In this document: piece after piece, positions 56,364 to 64,000 of the stretch
Layout of the letters: the number at the start of each line of letters is the position of its first letter
Position numbering within the stretch: the stretch's first letter is position 1
Assembly: GCA_041577295.1 (NCBI GenBank)
Contig: JBFGJG010000010.1
Location: forward strand, 32,001 to 96,000
Direction of reading: 5' to 3'
Source: Gemmatimonadales bacterium
Lineage (GTDB): Bacteria > Gemmatimonadota > Gemmatimonadetes > Gemmatimonadales > GWC2-71-9
Length of the DNA: 64,000 nt
Made by a program: the position numbers and the translations under genes
Notes under the pieces: model-generated
Seen by the model: the letters and a program-made list of their open reading frames with translations, nothing else
The model's database searches: none
What the model was told of the DNA's origin: nothing

Positions 56364-57250
56364 CCAGACGCTCTGACCTCGTCTCCTTCCGCGGCCTCAC
56401 CTTCAACGATCGTACACATCGAGGACTGCGACAGCACTCTGGTCACTTCGATGACTCCGACTTTCTCGGTCACACTGTCGAGTAGGTTGCCGCTCGCATC
56501 ACGAATCTCGTCGACGACGCGATAGACATCGAACCGCTGTCCCACCGTCACATCGAAGTTCTCACCTCGATCGATGTACACCGAGGCTTCACGAGTAGCG
56601 ACGATGGTCCCTTTCCCGGCTGGTGGCGCGATGCTCGCAAACTGATCGATTTGCGCAACGAGCTGCTCCACGATGTCTTCGACAGCCGGTCGCAACGCTT
56701 CCTGCGCCAGTCCCGCGTCGTAGCTCTGCTCGAAGCTCACGTTGTTGATGGCTCCGCCCCCGAAACGCTTCTTCCCTTTTCCCTCAGCGACCGACATGAT
56801 CTCCGCCGTGGTGGTGTTCACCGCGCGGATGTCCATCATGCTCTCGGCCTCTGAGAATGACGCGCCAATCCCACCGATCCCCGCCCGCTTGGTGTCGATC
56901 GAGAACTGGGTTATCGAGCCGAGCAATACCACCTGGACGCCAAGGATTTCACCGAGCGCGGCCGCCGTGGAAGGATTGACCCGGCCACTCTGGCCGAGTC
57001 CCTGCTCTGCGAGAATCGCCTCGATCTGACGGCGTTCGATCACGGAGAACTGGCCACTTTTTACGAGCTGGGTGGTGAGCTCATCAGACGCTGCGGCGCC
57101 CAACTGATCTCCCCAAAAATGCCACGTGCTGTTGTTCTCGAGCGGAAGGACGGCGACTCGGACCTTTTGCGCCTGGACGGGTGAAGGGGTCAGAAAGGTG
57201 CTGGTCATGACCAGTACCGTACCGAGCGCGGCGACGGTGAGAACCCTCAT
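56360..57250 (-). CDS. CsgG/HfaB family protein
   Basis: Signal peptide, 'LVKSGQFSVIERRQIEAILAEQ', 'LLGSITQF', 'DIRAVNTTTAEI'. Start set at ATG 57250. Confidence 0.85.
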   Translation of the reverse strand: MRVLTVAALGTVLVMTSTFLTPSPVQAQKVRVAVLPLENNSTWHFWGDQLGAAASDELTTQLVKSGQFSVIERRQIEAILAEQGLGQSGRVNPSTAAALGEILGVQVVLLGSITQFSIDTKRAGIGGIGASFSEAESMMDIRAVNTTTAEIMSVAEGKGKKRFGGGAINNVSFEQSYDAGLAQEALRPAVEDIVEQLVAQIDQFASIAPPAGKGTIVATREASVYIDRGENFDVTVGQRFDVYRVVDEIRDASGNLLDSVTEKVGVIEVTRVLSQSSMCTIVEGEAAEGDEVRASG

Positions 57251-57379
57251 CGGATGACCTCCTGGGGGGGACACCGTGAATCTATTCGGCGGTCGCTGTC
57301 CGCGGGTAGAGGACGTCATAAGACGGCCGGAGAGCCTCTCCGGCCTTCTCTGCCATTCCTGCTCTCGCTAATCCTGCCT

Positions 57380-58741
57380 CTAATTCACAGACAGTCCACT
57401 CGGCACACTTCGCGGGACGAGACCACTGAGATCGCGCGCTGCCGGATCGGTGAGCGACTTCAAGAACGCAACGAGATCACTCATCTGCTGGTCGGTGAAG
57501 TCAAAGGGCCTTTGCAGTCGGCCGTCGAGTGTTGCGAGGATATCGGCGATCGTCGCGTCGTCGCCGTGATACATCCCGCGCAGTTCGGGTGCAATCTGCG
57601 TGACGTCGTAGTCTCTGAGCGCTGCCGGCACATCCGAGTAGTGGCGCACGACGGCGTCGAGCGTCGGATACGCTCCGGAGTGCATGTACGGCGCGGTCAG
57701 CTCGACGTTACGCAGGGGCGCAACCCGAAACGCAAACTTGTAGAAGTTGTGCTCCGTAACTATCAGCTCACCAAACCCGTGGTCCAGTGGTGCGGCGTTG
57801 CCAACACCCGGCCCGATCTGGGGCGCTCCAACGTTGGCGAAGCTTTGGGCACCCAAGAACGGCCCATTGTGACACGTCACACATTGAGCCTCGCCAAAAA
57901 ACAGTTGCGCGCCACGCTTTTGTTCGGTGGTCAGCGCCGCGTCGTCGCGGTCGAGGTAACGGTCGAATGGGGAGTTGGTTTTTGTGAACGCGCTCATCTG
58001 GAAGGTGGATAATGCTTCAGCGGCGTGTGTGAAACGCAGGGTGCTCGCCAAGACATTTGGGAACGCCGCTTCAAACATCTGTACGTACTCTGGGCTGGCC
58101 AGCAGCCGGGCCATGAGCGCCTGCCAGATCTCCGGGGTCTGGCTATCCTCGAACTCGGCCAGGTCGTTGGGTTCGCCAAACACATCTTGGTCCCCAGGCA
58201 TCCCACGCATCTCGCGTCGGTTGAGCACGGGGAGCAACGCCTGTGCGGTGAGGATATGCCGCAGACCGGGTGGGAGAATGGTGTCACCCTGGAGCGTGAA
58301 TCCACCGCCCTGGAATCCGGACAGCCGAGCATCCCAGAACATGTAGAACGATCCCAAGCCCGAGTTGAGCAGAGACGGCGCGTTTCGCGGGACGAACTCA
58401 CGCCCGGGGCCCAACGTGCGCGCCGGCCCTACTCCCGAGCCGCCCGTTCCCACGGCCAACGACAGCCCGTCGCCTAACGACGCGCTGGGGTCATGACACG
58501 TGGCGCACGAAATGTCTTTGTTGCCGCTCAAGATCTTATCGAAGAACAATGCCTGACCCAGCGCGACCTTTGCGCTGTTTTGCGTCGGCATGTTGCCGAT
58601 TGGGATTACACCCCACGCGGCGATGTTTCTCCGTAACTCGGCGTCGATCGTCGGTCCCGGTGGCTCCGGCGACGTTGTCGCGCCGTCACACGCCACGAGC
58701 GTAAGCGCGCCGAGGCACAGCCCATACCCAAAGTGCTTCAT
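57380..58741 (-). CDS. Di-heme cytochrome c peroxidase / MauG family lipoprotein
   Basis: Lipobox LVAC; 'LFFDKILS...SCATCH', 'RNAPS', 'FWDAR', 'SPFD', 'CVTCH', 'FRVAPLRN..LTAPYMH', 'LVAFLKSLT'. Confidence 0.92.
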   Translation of the reverse strand: MKHFGYGLCLGALTLVACDGATTSPEPPGPTIDAELRRNIAAWGVIPIGNMPTQNSAKVALGQALFFDKILSGNKDISCATCHDPSASLGDGLSLAVGTGGSGVGPARTLGPGREFVPRNAPSLLNSGLGSFYMFWDARLSGFQGGGFTLQGDTILPPGLRHILTAQALLPVLNRREMRGMPGDQDVFGEPNDLAEFEDSQTPEIWQALMARLLASPEYVQMFEAAFPNVLASTLRFTHAAEALSTFQMSAFTKTNSPFDRYLDRDDAALTTEQKRGAQLFFGEAQCVTCHNGPFLGAQSFANVGAPQIGPGVGNAAPLDHGFGELIVTEHNFYKFAFRVAPLRNVELTAPYMHSGAYPTLDAVVRHYSDVPAALRDYDVTQIAPELRGMYHGDDATIADILATLDGRLQRPFDFTDQQMSDLVAFLKSLTDPAARDLSGLVPRSVPSGLSVN

Positions 58742-58764
58742 GGTCGTTCTCCTCGGAGCCTGGC

Positions 58765-60267
58765 TCATCGGAGTGGAAGCGAGATGGAGAACTGGTGCGT
58801 TACGACCCGCACCTCGTCCAAGGTCAACGGACCGCTCGGCGCGACGAGGATGGTGCTTCCCAGATCCGCCGCCTCGGGAATAGCGAATGGGCCGCCGTTT
58901 CCGACTCCAGGACGTCCCGTTCCGTTCGTCACACGCCCCTGGTAGCGGAATTCCAGCTCGGGGAAGCGGAGCGCGGCGCCCCAGGTGGGAGTCCACTCGA
59001 CCCAACTCTCTTCTAAATCCCGTGAGCTGAGTTGGACGTGGTCTCGTTGATCGAGCCAGTAATGAATCGAGCGAAGGGACAATCCAAACTGCAGGCCCGC
59101 AACCGTCCCGTCGTCACCCAGCTTCACGTCCTGCCCGACCCCCATGCGAAAAACGGCATTGGAGAACCTGAAGTGATTCTCGATGGTCATGCCGCCCGGA
59201 GGAATGATGTCACCAGCGTTCGTTTCGACCGGGATGTCTGAGTCCGCCCACGTGTGGCTCCAGATCGGTTCGTAGATCACATCCACGCCAAACGTCGACA
59301 ACCGGTATTGGCGGGACACACCTACGCCAACGTTGAAGGCTGAGGAATTCCCCGGATCCCGGGGGATGTTCATGATCTCGTAATTGGGGATCTTGGGGTG
59401 CGACATGCGATTCGCCGTTCCCACGAAGCCAATCTGCCACCCGGGTGCTGGGAGGGGACGCTCATACTCGAGATGCAGTCCCCAGATTCTCGTCCGGTCG
59501 AGATTGCGTTCCATGCGTGGTCGCTGCGTGGTCTGCTGGGCGCCAGGATCCCAGAAGAGATCGAGGTAGAAGACATCGTGCGTCATCGAGTACTGATTGT
59601 GTACTAGAACCGCTTCGAGCGTGCGGTCGCCCGTCCATTCTTTGAGTAGGCCAAGGCGCAGGTCAATCGCGTGGCCGTACTGCTTGAGGCGAGCGTTGCC
59701 GGGATAGAGCAGATCGACGCCGTCGACTGCATGCAGCCCGGCGTAGAGGACGCTGCCGCCGATCGAGATTCCCGTTCCTGGCAGGTCTCGTCCGAGCATG
59801 GCGAAGGCGTAGGTGTTGCCATGCGACCGTTCAGGTGGGCCGAAGTCAATTCCTCCCTGCGGGCACGACGGGCACAAGAAGGGGACCGGCGCGAACTCGA
59901 CCGCGCGGCTGAGATCGACTTCCTGCAACGCCACCGCAAGGCCGCCGTACCATGGGCCGGTCTTCATCAGCGCGCCGATTGGAAGCGTTCGGCCGCCACC
60001 GGCGCCTTCAGATACGCTGTAAACCGCGGGTGATCCGAAGAACCGCGCTGTGCCGAGCCGTGACCCAGTTGCCGGATTGGAGAACGGGTCGTGCAGCGTG
60101 TCAGCCACGGCGATCGAGATGTCCCCCATCGGGACCATCTGCGACGGAAAGATCTGGAACTGGTGGGCTTGGGAGATCGGCACCGTGCGAATCGTGATGA
60201 TCTGCGCGGACGCCGGTGCCACGCCGAGCAGGATGAGGCATGAGACAGACAGGGCACGTTTCAACAT
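58765..60267 (-). CDS. Hypothetical exported protein, probable outer-membrane beta-barrel
   Basis: Signal peptide ending ASA, 'NPA' near the N-terminus, alternating amphipathic strands, ends HQFSISLPLR; co-oriented with the peroxidase gene across a 23-bp gap. Confidence 0.7.
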   Translation of the reverse strand: MLKRALSVSCLILLGVAPASAQIITIRTVPISQAHQFQIFPSQMVPMGDISIAVADTLHDPFSNPATGSRLGTARFFGSPAVYSVSEGAGGGRTLPIGALMKTGPWYGGLAVALQEVDLSRAVEFAPVPFLCPSCPQGGIDFGPPERSHGNTYAFAMLGRDLPGTGISIGGSVLYAGLHAVDGVDLLYPGNARLKQYGHAIDLRLGLLKEWTGDRTLEAVLVHNQYSMTHDVFYLDLFWDPGAQQTTQRPRMERNLDRTRIWGLHLEYERPLPAPGWQIGFVGTANRMSHPKIPNYEIMNIPRDPGNSSAFNVGVGVSRQYRLSTFGVDVIYEPIWSHTWADSDIPVETNAGDIIPPGGMTIENHFRFSNAVFRMGVGQDVKLGDDGTVAGLQFGLSLRSIHYWLDQRDHVQLSSRDLEESWVEWTPTWGAALRFPELEFRYQGRVTNGTGRPGVGNGGPFAIPEAADLGSTILVAPSGPLTLDEVRVVTHQFSISLPLR

Positions 60268-60415
60268 TCTTCACCTCGCCAGAGGGGACTCCATATGGGA
60301 TACCTCACGATGTGGAGTGAGGTCACATTTAGGTTGGATTAGCGGGAGGAAGTCTTATGTACTCTCACTCCATCTTTAGACGGCCTTTAGACCGTAGCTG
60401 GGACGTTGAGGTGTC

Positions 60416-61183
60416 ATGCAGCTAACTCAGCAACGGGGTCGCTCATTGGCGCTCGCCGTGGTTGCCCTCCTCATGGCATCCACCACCAATGCGCAGGAGA
60501 CGCCTCGCGAGATCATCGACCGGGTCGATCGGATCCTCCGCGGTGAGTCGAGCTATGGCGTGGCCACCATGGAGGTGGTCACCGAGCACTGGGAGCGCAG
60601 CGTGACGATGGAGGTCTGGTCGCTCGGCACAGACTACTCGCTCATTCGGGTGACGGCGCCCCGCAAAGAGGCCGGTACGGCGACGCTCAAAGCTGGGGAT
60701 GACATCTGGAACTACCTACCGCGGGTTGACCGTACCATCAAAATCCCAGCGTCGCTCATGATGGGGTCGTGGATGGGCTCGCACTTCACGAACGACGACC
60801 TCGTAAAGGAAAGTCGGTTGGTCGAGGACTACGATATCACGGTCGCCTTCGAGGGTGCGCGTGACGATGTCGCCGTCTGGGAGTTCGAGCTCACGCCCAA
60901 GTCAGAGGCGGCTGTGGTGTGGGGCCGGATTCACTACGAGGTGCGCAAGCGAGATCTCATGCCGACCTGGGCACGCTACTACGACGAGGACGGGATGCTC
61001 ATGCGTGTCCTCGAGTTCAGCGACTTCCGCCAGATGGGAGGCCGGCTGGTTCCGGCGGTCATGGAGATGTTGCCCCAGGACAAGCCGGAAGAGCGCACGG
61101 TGATACGCTACAGCAAGGTCGAGTTCGACATTCCCTTGTCGGAGTCTTTCTTCTCGCTGCGCTCACTGCGATCAGGTCGCTGA
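60416..61183 (+). CDS. LolA-like outer membrane lipoprotein-sorting protein
   Basis: Signal peptide, 'APRKEAGTATLK...IWNYLP...SWMGSHFTNDD', 'FFSLRSL'. Confidence 0.88.
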   Translation: MQLTQQRGRSLALAVVALLMASTTNAQETPREIIDRVDRILRGESSYGVATMEVVTEHWERSVTMEVWSLGTDYSLIRVTAPRKEAGTATLKAGDDIWNYLPRVDRTIKIPASLMMGSWMGSHFTNDDLVKESRLVEDYDITVAFEGARDDVAVWEFELTPKSEAAVVWGRIHYEVRKRDLMPTWARYYDEDGMLMRVLEFSDFRQMGGRLVPAVMEMLPQDKPEERTVIRYSKVEFDIPLSESFFSLRSLRSGR

Positions 61184-61185
61184 GC

Positions 61186-62442
61186 GTGAACGGTCCCTGG
61201 TGGCGCATCGGTTGGCGGAATCTGGGGCGCAATAGACGGCGCACGCTCATCACCGGTGCTGGACTCGCCTTCGGGTACTTCGCTGTGGTGCTCATGGTTG
61301 GGCTCATGGACGGGCTCACCGTCGAGATGGTGGAAAACGGCACGGGCATCTTGACTGGGCAACTCCAGGTGCACGCCCCCGACTACAGGCCGGAGCGCAG
61401 CCTCTACGAGACCATCGGAGGACGCGAGGGCACGGATGTGGAAACACTGCTCCTCGCGATGCGAGAGGATCCGGCGATCGTCGCCGCGACGCCGCGCGTG
61501 TTTGCGGGCGGGCTGCTGAGTTCGGGTGAGGCAACCACCGCGGGCATTCTCATGGGGGCGCACCCTGATTACGAAGCATCCGTCAGCCGTTTGGCCCACG
61601 GGATTGTTCGGGGTCGCCTGCCGGGCCGTGGAGCGCGTGAGGTGGGCGTGGGTGTCGAGTTGGCACGCCAGCTCGGTGTGGATTTGGGAGACGACGTCGT
61701 TGTCGTCGCGCCGGCTGCCGATGGATCGATGGGGAACGACCTCTTCACGATTTCGGGCGTGTTTCGCACCGGAATGATCGAGCTCGACGGATCCTACGCG
61801 TTGTTCGATCTCGCGACATTGCAGACGCTCCTGGCTCTCTCACCCGGCCGAGTGCATGAGATCGCCGCCACGACGGCAGATCCGTGGGCGGCACCAGACG
61901 CGGCGCGTCGGATTCGAGAACGCGTGAGCGGTTTGGGACCCTCTGCGGAGGTGGCGCCGTGGACGGAGCTCAGGCCGGAGATGCAGGACTATGTCCGCCT
62001 TGTGCGCACGTGGAATTGGGTCGTGTTGGCCATCGTGTTTGGGATCGCGATCTTTGGCGTGGCCAACACGATGCTGATGGCCACGTTCGAGCGCCGTCGC
62101 GAGTTCGCGGTGCTGTTGGCATTGGGAACGACCCCGCCTGCGGTAATGCTCACCGTGGTGTGGGAAGCGCTGGCCCTCGGGCTGATGAGCATCGTGGGTG
62201 GTGTGGTGGTTTCGGTGCCGATCCTCGTGTGGTGGCACAACGCGCCCCCCGACATGAGTTGGGCGTACGGTGATTTCACGATGTTCGGTGCGCTCGTACG
62301 GCCCGTCCTCCGTGTCGAGTATCGGCCGATAATCGCCCTCTGGGCATCGGGGGCGCTGCTGCTCACTGCGGCGCTGGCGGCACTCTATCCCGCGGCGAGA
62401 GCTGCCCGCATCCCACCCGCCGACACGCTATCCGGACTATGA
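61186..62442 (+). CDS. ABC permease (LolC/E-FtsX family)
   Basis: GTG start at 61186; 'WRNLGRNRRRTLIT', 'NTMLMATFERRREF', 'YPAARAAR'. Confidence 0.9.
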   Translation: MNGPWWRIGWRNLGRNRRRTLITGAGLAFGYFAVVLMVGLMDGLTVEMVENGTGILTGQLQVHAPDYRPERSLYETIGGREGTDVETLLLAMREDPAIVAATPRVFAGGLLSSGEATTAGILMGAHPDYEASVSRLAHGIVRGRLPGRGAREVGVGVELARQLGVDLGDDVVVVAPAADGSMGNDLFTISGVFRTGMIELDGSYALFDLATLQTLLALSPGRVHEIAATTADPWAAPDAARRIRERVSGLGPSAEVAPWTELRPEMQDYVRLVRTWNWVVLAIVFGIAIFGVANTMLMATFERRREFAVLLALGTTPPAVMLTVVWEALALGLMSIVGGVVVSVPILVWWHNAPPDMSWAYGDFTMFGALVRPVLRVEYRPIIALWASGALLLTAALAALYPAARAARIPPADTLSGL

Positions 62443-63716
62443 CCACCCGCTGGAGCATCATGGTGCGGCTCGCGTTGCGGAATCTCCGGAGGCAAGCCCG
62501 GCGCACCACTCTCACGGCGACCGCCATGGTCATTGGCGGCGCGCTGCTGATGTTCAGTCTGCCCATAGCGGATGGAACCCACGAGGATTGGATCGAATCT
62601 GCTGTTCGCATGGGTACCGGTCACCTTGCCATTCAAGCACCGGGATATCTCGCGAGCCGACAAATCGAGGATCGTGTGCGCGCTGACGTCCGGCTCCGGG
62701 CAGAGGTGGCGCTGGCCACCCCCGCCTTGGCGGGTGAAATCGTGGAGGTGGTCCCCTTGGTCACCGTGGGGGGATTGGCCAGTGCACCAGCGGGGGCGCG
62801 GCCTGCACAGATCATGGCGGTAGATCCTGTAGCGGAGGCTCGCTTCTCCATTATGGATGACCGCCTGGTGGACGGTCGATACCTCGAGCCCAGCGACCGG
62901 TTGGCCGCCTACATCGGTCAGGGTCTTCGCGAGGCCCTCGACGTTCGCGTTGGGTCTCGCATGGTTCTCACCACGCAAGACGCGATGGGCGAGATCGCGG
63001 GCCAACTCGTTCGCGTCGTGGGAGTGTACCGCACGGGGATCCCCGAAATTGATCAAGCCGTGATCCACATTCCGCTCGTCACGGCTGGCGACTGGCTGGG
63101 AACCGGCGACGACGTCACGGCGCTCGCCGTGTTGGCGCGCTCGAGCCGCCGCGTTCCCGCCGTACAACGTGCGCTTAATCGCTCGCTCGAGTCGAGCATC
63201 GCGACCGGTGAACTTGAGGTGCTCACCTGGCGTGAGGCGAGTCCGGAGCTCGATGCCGCCGTCAAGATCGACGACTTCGGCAACTACCTCTTTCAAGGCA
63301 TTCTGTTCGCCATCATCGGACTGGGAATCGTGAACACGATCCTCATGTCCGTGATGTATCGCTACCGTGAGTTTGGCCTGCTCCAGGCGCTGGGGTTCAC
63401 ACCGCAACAAACCGGTGGTCTCGTGGTCGTGGAAGGACTCGTGCTTACCGCGCTGGCCGGCACAGTCGGAATCGGCCTGGGTCTGTTTATCACGTGGTTC
63501 TTTTTCCGTAACGGCCTCGACTTCTCTTTCGCGTGGAACGAGGAGTGGAGCTTCTCCGGCGTCGTTATGGAACCAGTGATCGTGCCGGTCTTTCGAACCG
63601 TCCGAGTGCTTCAGGGGCTCGGCTTCATTCTTCTCGTCGGTGCGATTGCGTCGTTGTACCCGGCCTTTAGAGCCACACGCATCGACGTTGCCGAATCGAT
63701 GAAATTCGAACGATGA
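62439..63716 (+). CDS. ABC permease (LolC/E-FtsX family), second subunit
   Basis: 'ALRNLRRQARRT', 'NTILMSVMYRYREFG', 'LYPAFRA'. Confidence 0.9.
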   Translation: MTTRWSIMVRLALRNLRRQARRTTLTATAMVIGGALLMFSLPIADGTHEDWIESAVRMGTGHLAIQAPGYLASRQIEDRVRADVRLRAEVALATPALAGEIVEVVPLVTVGGLASAPAGARPAQIMAVDPVAEARFSIMDDRLVDGRYLEPSDRLAAYIGQGLREALDVRVGSRMVLTTQDAMGEIAGQLVRVVGVYRTGIPEIDQAVIHIPLVTAGDWLGTGDDVTALAVLARSSRRVPAVQRALNRSLESSIATGELEVLTWREASPELDAAVKIDDFGNYLFQGILFAIIGLGIVNTILMSVMYRYREFGLLQALGFTPQQTGGLVVVEGLVLTALAGTVGIGLGLFITWFFFRNGLDFSFAWNEEWSFSGVVMEPVIVPVFRTVRVLQGLGFILLVGAIASLYPAFRATRIDVAESMKFER

Positions 63717-64000
63717 CTACAATGAGCGTTGCTGTTCGCACCGAGGAGGTCTGGAAGACCTTCGAGCAAGAGCCAGAAGATGTTCACGCCGTGAGCGGTG
63801 TCTCACTCGCCATCGACGCCAGTGAGTTCGTGGCGATGGCCGGACCGTCGGGCTCGGGCAAGACCACATTGCTCAACTTGCTCGGTGGACTCACCCGCCC
63901 AACGAAGGGTCAGGTTTGGGTGGCTGACCGTGAGCTCGGTGGCATGTCGAACCGCGAACTCGCCAGGCTGCGTCTCGAGCACATCGGGTTCGTCTTCCAA
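63713..64000 (+). CDS. ABC ATP-binding protein (LolD-like), truncated at the window edge
   Basis: Manual translation from ATG 63713: MTTMSVAVRTEEVWKTF...GPSGSGKTTLLNLLGGL...HIGFVFQ. Confidence 0.92.
   Translation, partial: MTTMSVAVRTEEVWKTFEQEPEDVHAVSGVSLAIDASEFVAMAGPSGSGKTTLLNLLGGLTRPTKGQVWVADRELGGMSNRELARLRLEHIGFVFQ

Noticed and set aside
1..64000. CRISPR array, tRNA/rRNA, transposase/integrase, defence systems, riboswitches
   Set aside because: None recognised by eye. A covariance-model search would be needed to exclude small RNAs.

Overview
A GC-rich bacterial window with about 40 protein-coding genes. The gene content (SusC/SusD pair, RCC1-repeat Ser/Thr kinase, stand-alone TonB plug lipoprotein) suggests Gemmatimonadota or a related FCB-group organism; this is inference only. 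ABC export cassettes sit at both ends (1240-5527 and 60416-64000). The core, about 9-52.5 kb, is a large glucoside/alpha-glucan/trehalose utilisation region: SusC, SusD, GH97, GH37 trehalase, two GH13s, GH3, an unclassified (alpha/alpha)6-type hydrolase, two sodium:solute symporters, a PfkB kinase and pyruvate kinase. It also carries an unexplained exported module: four FG-GAP/ASPIC-UnbV proteins, an UnbU/RnfD-like membrane protein, a hepta-heme TPR cytochrome c, a PQQ-type sugar dehydrogenase, a Tat-exported TIM-barrel enzyme, and a collapsed remnant of a GMC glycoside-dehydrogenase operon. Non-coding signals include a CarH-like 11-bp-period operator, a dispersed 18-bp repeat in three copies, phased direct repeats upstream of susC, and a decayed fasciclin gene. 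I saw no rRNA, tRNA, CRISPR array or transposase. All family calls are by motif recognition; no database search was run.
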